DNA of 64,000 nucleotides from Phoronis australis (Eukaryota > Animalia > Phoronida): contig NMRA01000436.1 in NCBI GenBank assembly GCA_002633005.1, positions 124,001 to 188,000 of the forward strand, read 5' to 3'. This document shows positions 24,001 through 36,000 of the stretch, one piece after another. A program made the translations under genes and the position numbers. The notes beneath the pieces were generated by a model. That model saw nothing but the letters and a program-made list of their open reading frames with translations, ran no database searches and had not been told where the DNA came from. How positions within the stretch are numbered: position 1 is the first letter of the stretch; each line of letters begins with the position of its first letter.

Positions 24001-27000
24001 TCAGTACGAACTGGTCTACAATACAGTACATATAGGCGGATCCAGGGGTTCAAGGGGTCCGGATGCCCTTTTCCCTTGATTTTAGTGACATCAAATCTAT
24101 AATTTTCAAATTGTCGACCCATAACCTCCTTTTAAAAATCCTTGATCCGACCCCCCCCGTTAAAAATTCTTGGTCCCCCTTGTTACCTTTGATCTTGTGT
24201 TGTCCTAAAATTGAATATTGAAAATAGTCCATCCTCGCTCTAAAACTGTGCCGTAAATGCACACCACAGCATCATTCATTTACACCTATATCATACAAGT
24301 CTGCCATATTGAATAGTATTAAACTTAGGTCTGACCAAGTCTAAAGTTAAACTTGGTTTAAGATCTTAATACAGGTCTAAGTAATATAGACCTCGTTGGT
24401 GAAATGAAAACCAGGTTTAACATTTAAGAAATCAGCTGTTTAAGCACAAAAACACAAGTTTGAAAACATAACTTCCATTCGGACAATGATCTTGCAAAAC
24501 CAAAAGTATTTTCCCATTTTTCTGATCCTGGTTTTTGAAATGAAGTTGTCAGAAAAATATCATTCATATCACGAGTAGCTTTTGAATTTTTTTGCCAAAA
24601 TTTGCCATAGTTGTGTGATAACTGGTTGAGACACTATTGCACTTGAAAACGATATACTTTTGAAAGTTAATTTCAAGCAATTTTTCAGCCCCGTAATAAA
24701 GTGTAAAAAATGTTTAAAACCAAATTTGTCTGCAAAACTGTTGTATGACGAGAAATTTCAGTTTCAGGCCCAATTATTTTATTCTATCATCTTTTTAATC
24801 ATGTTACTTTAAGAGTTTTTATAATTAATAAAGGAAACTAAATGAACCAAGTTGAGACCACAATTTTTTTATTCTGAACCATTGTCTTACGAGAATTTTT
24901 ATCATTTTTGTTACTCCAAATAAATTGAAAAAAATATTTTTCTCCTGTTGTTTGATAAAATCATCCTTTGGTGACTTAAGAAAAGATGTGTAAGCTTTGG
25001 CAACACTAAAGATTTCACCATAAATTTTTCCCACAACCTTGAGGTATCTTCTGCACCAAGAGCGTAAGATATTCTGAATATCAATAATTTTGCATTAAAG
25101 TTCAAACCAACCATGCCGTCCAGATTTACGCTAAATTTAATCCCCAAAGTTGAAAATTCTGTTTTTGACCATTTTAAAGTTTTTGCGAAAACAGGTATCC
25201 AGGGATCATACTTCCTGGTTCCAATCCATATACACTCGGTTGTTTCAATATTAGGTTTAAGACCTGAATACTTTGCAAGTTGGTTCAGAAGATCCAGAGC
25301 CATTTTAAGAAATTTTTAATAACCATATGTTACAATTGTTGTATCATCCGCATACTGTAGAATTGTTACCTCTCTAGTCCCACAATTAATTCCCTTTACT
25401 TCAGCATTATCTCTAAACATGTAGCCCACGATTTCAGCCCAAAGCACAAACAAGTAAGGCAAGATTGGAACCCCTTGTTTGCTCCCTCGTTCAACTTTAA
25501 AAAAGTCTGAGGCAATGCCACTTTAAATGACGCAAAGCTGCGAGTTTTCAATTAACATTTTTAAGCTTTCACAAAAATGTCTCCAAACCCAAACACCGTA
25601 AGAACTTTAAACACAAAAATCCAGGACAATGAATCAAATGCTTTTTCAAAATCCACAGACTATTGTCACAAGACAGGGAAGTTTAGAGAGCACTTTTCAA
25701 TTTCCACAATATCACTTGATATTCTTAATGCCACATGCCTTCATTCTAGAAGCCTATAGTTCTTCCTAAATGATTTTAATTCACTTATTTTTTTGGTTCC
25801 TCAAATTTTCACCGAGGACTTTATCACCCTAGTTATTGTTGTATTAACAAAGTTACGTTTTTCCAAGCCACAAAAACACTTTGTTGCCTTCTCACCTTCT
25901 TCAATCCAGCCATGAATTAATCCTTTTACATAATTTCCCGAATTTTTTCTAAATGGGCATTGCATTCCTGCATTAGTTTTTCATAAACTGATGCTTTCGT
26001 TTTTTGACACAATATTTGAAAAACTTCTATTTTTTAATTAATTCATCTTGAACTTTTCGTTTTTGTCTTTTTTGCAGCATAAAATGGTATAGTAATTGTC
26101 CTGACGTTGTTCAATCAAGTTAACATCCTTCAATAATACTTCATCAAAATGTTCCTTATTGTATGGCAGAGCAGAATATTCCTCAATAGTATCAAAGATC
26201 ACATTTCTAACTTAAGTTACCTAATGCTCATTCTCCAACAGGCAATTATTAACTCGCCAAAAACCGCGCCCTTTTTATAAATTGCTACAATTAAATGTAA
26301 GACAAATACTTGAATGATCTGTTCTGTAACCTGGACTAAGAGTTATGACATCCACCATGTTCAAAAACTCATTGCTGATTATAAAATAGTCTAATCTAGA
26401 CATTTTGCAAGGATTCTTTTTAAACCATGTGAAACACTGTTTCTCGGGATTTGTTATCTGCCATGGGTCAATCAGATTAAAAGAGCTTTTTAGATTCTCA
26501 ATTTCCCTTTTCGAATTAGGGTTGTTTTGTTGTAAGTAATTGAAGCAAGCTAGATTATAATCTTGAACAACATTACAGTCATCACTAAAGACAACAAAAT
26601 CCGACTCCAATTTGTCCATTTTATCTTTAATAGCTTGAAAAATTTCAGGATCATTGGCAATTGACCCATATAAATTCACAAGAAATATTTCATACTTTTC
26701 AATACAGAGTTCCAACTGCAAAACATTCATATTCAAAATTAATGTTAAATAAAATGCACACACCTCTAGAGTTTCATCCTATCCAGTGACTGAAATAACA
26801 CTCTAACCCCCACTGAGTTCTCACTATGTTTTCAACATCACTTGTAAAATGAGTGTCTTGAAGATAAAAAATTGGATGTTTTAGTTGCTTCATACAGTTA
26901 AAAACATTTTTTGTTTCGAAAGGGAACCCAAATCTCTGCAATTTATTGAGAAATACTAATCATGGTGTTGTGTAAGGACTGATATTACCCGCAAGTACGA

Positions 27001-30000
27001 TGCACCGAAACCGAGAGCTAAAAGTAATAACCAAAACTGCTTGAGGCAAGGGAGAGTACTTGGCAAATAGCAATTTGTCAAATGACAAGTACAATCACAC
27101 ACACACTCAAACTGGGCATTATGAAACACATGCACAAGCAAAAATACAAAGCAAATCGAAACCAAAACAGCAAGAGATGCACAGCATGGTGCACTTGCTA
27201 AACTCAGCATGGTGTCATGTCAGAGAGTGCAACAGACCAACAAACAACAACCATCATTCACTGGAGGACAGCAGTCCCAGACAGGGGATCACACTCAAAT
27301 CCTACAAATCTGAATAACTTAATTTGAATATGAAGTAATTATCTAATCAGGTATACACTTGACAATCAAATGTGCACTCAGTACTACTTGACAGTACATT
27401 TCATGACAAGAAATATTAAATTTTACTCCATCACCGAAACATAAAAAAACAAAAATAATAGACTGTTGGCATTAAAAAAGACTGTTGGCATTAAAAAAGA
27501 CTGTTGGCATTAAAAAAGACTGTTGGCATTAAAAAAGACTGTTGGCATTAAAAAAGACTGTTGGCATTAAAAAAGACTGTTGGCATTAAAAAAGACTGTT
27601 GGCATTAAAAAAGACACCCCGAGAGTTCTTAGTTAACTGTAACGAGCAATGTTTTTCACTGGGTCAGGAATAGCGTCCAAATTCTTGAGAGTATCAAATT
27701 TTCCCTCTATAATCAGTTTATCTCTCTTCAATGAGGCTTTCATTTTCAAACCTTTTGCAGCCTTGAGGTCCTGGAACAGAATTTTTCTACTCACAACCAG
27801 GTCCTTGGAGAAATCTTCCCTTACCTAGAAATCAGAGCCTTTCAACTTAAACCGAGCACCCCAAACAGTCTCTCTGCTTGTAGACAGCGAACTGTGCCAT
27901 AATAGGTCTTGGTTTTGTTTTTTCTTGCTTTTGCTCAACCTGTGCACTCACTCAAAGCATAAACCATCCACTTGAAGCCTAACATCTTAATAAAAGCCTG
28001 GACAACATCCTTACATCATTCCACTTCTTTTTCTTGCAGTCCGGAAAACAGCAAATTGCTGCATCATGAGTGGTATTCTAGGTTTATACATTTTTCTCTC
28101 AATTGTCTGTTGATGTTTTGGCACTCTAACAACCCCTGGTCAATAAGTTCTTCATTTTTTTGGACTGCTTCATCAGCTGAGTTGATTGCATAGTCTATTG
28201 ACTAAACGACATTCTTCAACTAGCTACTAATAGAGCCCGGCTTGACCCTGAACGTCGCAAACCACGAGGGTTCGGTTATGTAATTTTGCGAACAAATTCA
28301 GAAACCGATGTACAACTCTTGTCAATATCACTTCCACTTACATTTTCTGCTACCTGGCTCATACTTCTAGTCTGCCTGGCCTCCATTTGAGTTCGTAAAA
28401 GACGAATATGGTCAGAGCGCTGCGAGTAACGATCTTACTGTCTCGCCATTTTAACTGGAAGTCAGTTGATTACTAAAAGTACATGTATTCTGACTCATGA
28501 TTTAGTTTCAAATGAATGCACCTTTGTATTTTTTTGCTAAAAATACTGTCATGTGACTGGTCTTTGATAATTGACATACATTGAGAAAATTAAATTCTAA
28601 ATTATTTTTTACTTATAAATTATAGCTACATATTTTCATTAAGTTATGTTATAGACAAAGTTGCACAAAAAGTGTTACAAACAAACCAGTTGTTTGTAAA
28701 CTTTTAACATGTCAACATACTACTTACACACCTAGATACTTTTTATCTACTTACATTCCATAAGTTTGAATAAAATAAGATTATGAAAGAAACATTTGTG
28801 CTATACCTTCCAGTGAGACAGCCTGCTCAAAATTTTGACCTATTATCCCAGACAGAGGTCACGAAACTATAGAATAATCCCCAAGGTTTCATTAAGGAAT
28901 TTAATCATAACATATATAGACACTAACTTGAGAAAAAAAAAACGTCTGTCAACTGTCTCCCATAAATTGAGAAAATACTTGCAGCAAAATGTGAAGTCAT
29001 TCAATGTCCTGAGCCAGGGAACTTGGCTAACAGTCACGTGAAAAAATGAAATGCATCCTGAAGTCAAACTTTTGACTGAAAATTACCTAATGAGTCACTC
29101 ATTATTTCTATTAAACAGTATGTTACTATAATTTCATTTAAATTTGCATTTTTAAAAGGGAAAGCCCAAAGCTGCCCTGAACACCCTCGTTAGAACAAGA
29201 AATTCGCAGGTATGGCCTATTCAACTATTAACTGAATATCCCATACTCTAGTACCATTCAAAAACTTTTGGCATATCTCATGGTGTCTCACCATTGCAAA
29301 CATTTTTTGAAAGAATACGAAAATGTGGAGCACAGATAACAAAATACAATTACCGATGGAAAAATAAAGCATGCATATTTTGTCCTTCTAGTCATACAGG
29401 ACAGCCAATAACAAGTCAGCAATTTTTGAAGCAGTATCCTCAAGAAATTCATTGAGGCTTAAATTGTCGATCCTCAGCCTCATTTGAAACTCCAAAATGG
29501 TGGTTTGTAACACTTTACTTAGAGCAAAGGCTCGTTTGGCAAAGAACCAAAGAGAAAAAATTGCATAAAGACTTCTTCTGGAGTCATAATAAACTCTGTA
29601 ATTATGTAACTTTGTGACCATCAAACATTAAAGTTCATGGAAAGGTTCTCCCAATAACCTTGAAATTGCACAAACAAATAAAAATGTCACCCATTCTTGT
29701 TGACATTTTCAAAGTCATGACTTTGCCTGGGAACAAAGAAATCTTCCCCAGAATAATGAGATCCTACCTCCAATGAAGCGTGTTTCAGTGAATTACGACC
29801 GATTTAGCAAAGAATTCCACCTCACTAATTGATACTCCCACCAAGCCCACTGGCAAAAGAGTCCATTGTGAATTTAGATTGTTGTAGACCTTCTCTGTTT
29901 ATTTTAACCAAACTGTCTTCCCAGTAATGAAATGGGTAAACATGATACTATAGTTAAGTGAATAGTGTACCTCAAAATTTTAATACCTACATTCTAAGTA

Positions 30001-33000
30001 GGAAATACCATAGTATATACACAAGACAACAGAGCTGATCCTGGTTATCAAATAACAAAAATGTTAAGATCAGCAGCAATGCCTACAACTGAATTTCAAG
30101 ATAATTAATGTTGATTTCTAATTTACCATGTGACGACTAAAATATTAGACATTTTACTCTACACTCTATGAGTAGAGCGTGACATGTGAATGAATGTCCT
30201 ATCGCCAGTAGTGTACTAAAATATTAGACATTTTACTCTACACTCTATCAGTAGAGCGTGACATGTGAATGAATGTCCTATCACCAGTAGTGTACTTAAA
30301 AGCAAAAGTGGCAGTTCCACAAGACATTTTGATTCATTCCTAGTGTCACAATATAACAGGGGTTGGCAACATTTTAGCTATTAGTGCCTTATTTCACACA
30401 ACTTTGGTGCCAGGGGCCACAGCATGCAAAAGAAAATTAGCCACAATTTCGAGTGACAATTTAAAGATTCTCTAGATTTTCTTTGCATTCAAAAGTTTAG
30501 AACATAAATGAGTCACATTTATCAAATGATGGTTATTAAATTAAGGACATTGTGTAAATCAGCCCTATTCTACATAACATATACATTGCGATTTTCACTT
30601 CCATTTTTTAATATCATAAGAAGTAAAGTTTAATGGTGTTAATCACGGACAGTTACTGTGTTGTTGCACTGACAGAAATAGAAATAATCAACTAAAAACA
30701 TCATTTGGGCATCCCATTTTAAATAAATTTGTTTGCGTTAAATTCATTTCACCAAATATTTTACTAAACTGAAGCAGATATGGTACACATGTATCTTCAA
30801 GTGTCTTTGTGAACACAGAATGTGCACTTCCGACATGTTTGAAGTCACACAGTGGCACGTGCTTCTAGTTGACCAGCTTGAGAATGCAAGCCAATGCTTC
30901 TCAGGAAAATCAATGGCCGCAATGACAGTAAACACAGTCTACTGGTAGTTGTGTTCCTTATTTTTCCTAAAAATACAATTTAGCTAAGGAAAGGCTTCAT
31001 AGTCTTTGCCAAAAGTTTGAATAAAACTGCTTTCATTAGCTGAACTTGAAACGTTTTAATTAGATTTACTTTGCAGTAATTTGTTACAACAGGCAGTATT
31101 GTAGGGTCTCAGTGGTTCCTAGGGATTGTGCATCTGCTTCAGGAAATGATTGTACAAGTGAATGCCTTACCAGCATGTTTCATGACTATGCTATCTAGCA
31201 AGATATCCCTGAGTTGGTGAGCTTACATTTACTTGTGGGGGTCAGCTTAGATAGTACAAGAATCAGGTTTATTGATAAAGGCCAGGGGGCCTCCTAAGTC
31301 TAATTTCACAATGTGTGGTTGCCATGAATTGCAAACACTTATTAAATAAGAATACAAAAGGACATTCATTGTAGGCCAAACAACCATTGCACATAAGCAA
31401 AGTTATGAAACAGATGAGAACTGAGAGCCTGTGGGTTAGCAACCCCTGTTGTATGAGAAGCTAAGCTACAATAAATATAAACAGCAAATTGTGCAATACC
31501 TTAGTTTGTAGAAGGCTGGCATTGTCTACCAAGTTTTCATTGACCTCCATCAAATGTCCACGTAAGCAACTGTAGATTTTGTATTTGGAGTTATCTGCAC
31601 ATGTCACTTCGCACAAAACTGAGTCTTTACCAAGGGCCTGAGCTCCCTGAAAATAAGAATTACTTTATTTAATCAATCAATCAATCAAACATTTCCGTAA
31701 CCAGTAAATAAGTATTTTCTGACTTTTTGTGACGAGCATTTACACCACTGTCTTATTGGCACATTTATGCACACAAAGCTAATAAGTATCAAACAACAAT
31801 GTGTCTTGTAAAAAGCTTTTGCCGAAGTACCAGATGCGGACAAAAACTAATACATTACTTTGCAAATTAAATCAAAACTTAACAGATTCATTAGACAATC
31901 AAGAGCAAAATCTGTGCTGAATAACACAGAACCAAGACACAGAGGAAGCACTTATAGTAAGAAATCTTGGCTTATGGAAAGGCAAATAATTTAACATTTC
32001 AACCTCACTGACCAAGCACTTCAGTAGCAACCATTTTACTAAACATTAGAAACGTCGCAGACATAGTCACGGAACACTCGTGTTTTACTCCAGTGATTTA
32101 TATGTAGCATGGCCTTTTTGCAAGTTTCTCAGACCTAAGAAATGCACCCCTGCTTCAACTTTTACAAAAACTAACTAAAAAGGCATCAGCTTGTCAGAAT
32201 GGCGAAAATTTTTTCTCAGAGCAACGTCTCACATCTCTCCTCCAACCTTTGTAGCTCTCCTTCCTGTCGAGTTCAACTTACACACAAACACACAAACACA
32301 CATAGACACATGCACACACACAGCAACCCCAGCCACTAACAGAAACTTGAAGGAAGGTGCTAATTTTAACTGAAAATTGAATTGTTGACGTGTTTTGAAG
32401 TTTTTGACAACAGTGGCATTTTTGGAAAACATTTTAAAAACATGTGATTTTTGAAAACTACAAATTAAGTAGAAATAAAAATCTGACTCAAAAACATTTC
32501 CTTTTATTCTTAAGTTTTGAGTCATGCCTAACATGATATGTAATAGCAAAATTTTAGCCATTTTCAAGAGGAACGTGCAATAAAAAATCAGCTTTCTACC
32601 TGCTGACTCAGAAACTCCTGATATCAGGAAGTAAGCAGTGTTTTGACTACGATAAACCAACAATGACAAACCTTTTTGCCTTTTCCAGAAACCTTGTTTT
32701 CAAGTCGGTTGATTTTTCCGCCAACATTGAAGTCCACTTTGGCGACTTGTTTACTACAGGCTACTATTGGGTGAGTTTGGGCAATGGTCACTACACAGAT
32801 CCTAAAGAGCACACAAACACTGAGACAAATGTGTGATAACAATTGATGATGCATTAAAACATAGCAACTAGCACTTACATGACTGAAACAAATTCCACAA
32901 TCTCAGAGTTAAAATTTAATTGTTTTCACAACAAAAAGTTGACGTCTGACTATAATTTGATTGACTTTGTGTGTCAATTTCAAGGCAGTGAAAGATTTGC

Positions 33001-36000
33001 AGACATCAAAGACTGCAAATACATGTATATATACTCTTGTGGGAGTGCAAACAGCGGGTTAAAGTAGAGTGTAACGGCTTCGAGAAGGTAGACTTACAGG
33101 AAGATGAACCGTCAACACTTAATGTAAGTCAATTTGTCATATTTTAATAAAAGTACTGAAAAATGTGATTAGTTCTGCAAAATGAAATAAATAAGAACAA
33201 CTCCTCAAATCAGAAGTGCTGCAAAATTGTGAAACGACAAATGTCTGATGAGGCTGTTCCCGAGAACATTTGTTTTTTGCAAAATTTAGCACAAAGGAAG
33301 GTGCATTGATAGCAAAACAGTGGTATAACTAACACACTCAAATTTTATTTGTTGTAATGCTTGAGGAGTAATTTCAAAAACGCTGTTGCTGTTTTCTAAA
33401 ACATCGTTTCATTTTTGCTTGATGCAACTTTCAATTTTTTCACGTACTTCATAAAAGTTTCATTTTGCTACTCTCTCATGTGAAAGTGGAACATTGAAAG
33501 AAAAAAATCATGACAGTGTCTTGGAAACCAGTGCATAAGGCAAAGTATGTGAAAATTATATACGAATCCAATCAATGGTTTCTTCAAATATGAACAATTT
33601 TGTATGGTCCTAAATAACTTTAAGGATACCAAACCCGTTTAGCCTCTTCGCAGATCGTAAAAATGACTTTCCCATCCAGTTCTCTGAACAAAATAATGCT
33701 CCGTAACCCTCGATAACCATCAAAAGTTTGGATAAAAATTTGAAAACTACTTTCAAAGTCTGCTAAATGGGCAAGCGTGACTTATGCTTCCAGTGAATTA
33801 CAACTGTGATAAATGACCACACCAATGGTGCACTAGCAGTGAATTACAACTGTGATAAATGACCACACCAATGGTGCACTAGCAGTGAATTACAACTGTG
33901 ATAAATGACCACACCAATGGTGCACTAGCAGTGAATTACAACTGTGAGAAATGACCACACCAATGGTGCACTAGCAGTGAATTACAACTGTGAGAAATGA
34001 CCACACCAATGGTGCACTAGCAGGCGACAGAACGAGGATTGATGAAAATCATCAAAACAGGGTTTAGTATCTTTTTTACGAACCCCATTACTTGCAGGAG
34101 TCCTCCTGGTCACCTGTGCTTACCCATTAGAATGTACAAGGATACAATGGTGCTCATCACTACAGCCACCTACGCCTGGAAATACAGAGATAACAATAAA
34201 CATTTACTGCATAAGGGCATCATTCAACATTACCATATGTCACCCTCAGAGACATCTTTTGACAACACCATAAGCAATTGGCATCCAGAGTGGGGACAGT
34301 CTTTGTAAAAGTGTGTATAAGTCTGTGAAAATTATTCTATTGCAGAGAAAATAAACCTTTACTAGGCTGGCTCACACTAGCCTCTCACCAGCTCGCCACA
34401 GATGAAATCTGAGCGTCACTCTCGATGGTAGAGCTAAGGCCATTCGCCAACTTGGCGAATACTTTCAAAACTTGACAATGAAAATTTATTTCAGGAAATC
34501 TACTCGCGTGTCGACTCAGTCAGCTCGAATCAAGTCACGCTGCAAACAACATTCTTACTTCGATTCCGAGTCATAAAAAATACTTAGCAAGTGAATGTTC
34601 CATTTCATGTCTATCACTCCCCCAGAAATCACTCTTTTACTGCAACGAAATGTTGTGTAGGGGGGTAATGACAATGTCAAGACTATTTCGGCAGCGGCCA
34701 AAAGCAAGGTACAGCAAATGTCAACGTGTTACTTAATGACTTTGATACTGGTTTTCACTACTTTGCTTGATTAAACTTTATTTGGCCAACCACAAATTAT
34801 GTTAACGTTTTTGAACATCAAGGTCTTGCTCATCAAAATGGCCATCTGGCTGGTGTGCCCCCACAGTAACCCGAGGATGGGGGAGGGGGGAATCAATGGT
34901 CATTTTTTTAAGTCAAATCAATGAAATGCCCATGTCACCAGCACATCCCCGCCGTAACCTAGGGATAGGGGGAACCCCTGCCCTAACCCGGAGAGAGGGG
35001 GGAAGCTTGCCCATTTTTTAGGTCAACATGATGCCCATATGGCGGGCATACCACTGACGTAACCCAGAGATAGGGAGAAAGTATTTGGCTAAGAAGTTTT
35101 GAAAATGGCTGCTTCAGGCACTTTGGCTAATACCTTTTAAAGTCTAGCGTGAGCCTAGTTTACAGAGGTATTGTATGCTTTTACAAATGTTAACGAATTT
35201 GAAAGATTTCTAGTGAAATTCACTTTCTCACACTTACCTGACGAGTAATTTAACATTAATTAGTTAGACAACTCTACGCATGTACGGGGTACTCTTATGC
35301 AAATGATACACGGCACTGAACAAAAAGAAATGGACTAGATGAGTTTGATCTGGCAACATGACTGTCAGGTCCGAAACACAGCATCTATAGTTTGTACAGT
35401 GCACAGGACTAGAGATCATAGCCTAAAACTCACACTATTAAATTTCCTTGATAAAGTGCTATGAATTATAGCACATAGTCATTGTTATTGAGTTTTGGTT
35501 TTCAAATGTGGATGACTTTTATTCAGTTTTATACAACAGTAGAAGGCACACCAAGTGCATTGTCAAAATGATCACCTGCATTCTGTTCAGTTACAGTCCA
35601 AGACTTGAGAGTACATGCATGTGATAGCTCACCACACTAGATTCAAGGAAAACATCACTATTCCAGCAAGAGACGTCTAGCTATGGAAATTTTCATGACG
35701 TGCATATATCTCTAACTAGAACAAAGAATACCTAAGACAACACAGTGCTTGACCCTTAGCTTGATGACAGATCGTCAAATGTGATTTCGTGAAAATCCAG
35801 TCATCACGTCGAAATTGTGTGCTAAAAACACCGTGTGCCATACTCCCTCTCAAAAATATGTATACCTCTTATATTTTCCCCATTAAAATGCACCAAACAA
35901 TCTCTTAACTCAAGTTGTCCTGCCAATGAAGAATGCAGACCATCGGTTACACTGAACACTGAAGGCGTGTGTGTTTGATGGTCTGAATTTTGCCGAGCAA

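Larger units (their letters stand above)
22440..28463 (-). mobile_element. near full-length decayed L1/Tx1-clade LINE (ORF1 plus EN-RT-CCHC ORF2)
   Basis: 5' end GACTTCCAGTTAAAATGGCG. ORF1 remnant ~27630-28200 (NLLFSGLQE, PRPIMAQF, VREDFS, RDKLIIEG). Endonuclease ~26275-26960 (FILQDTH-like, SRLDYF, TDHS). RT DFEKAFDSLSW and LQYADDTT. C-terminal LC..EPENLEHLFWGC at ~22900. Many stops and frameshifts; the 3' boundary is approximate. Confidence 0.88.

Noticed and set aside
27461-34023. Tandem arrays as possible CRISPR repeats
   Set aside because: The units are contiguous with no unique spacers, there are no cas genes, and the context is a eukaryotic intron.
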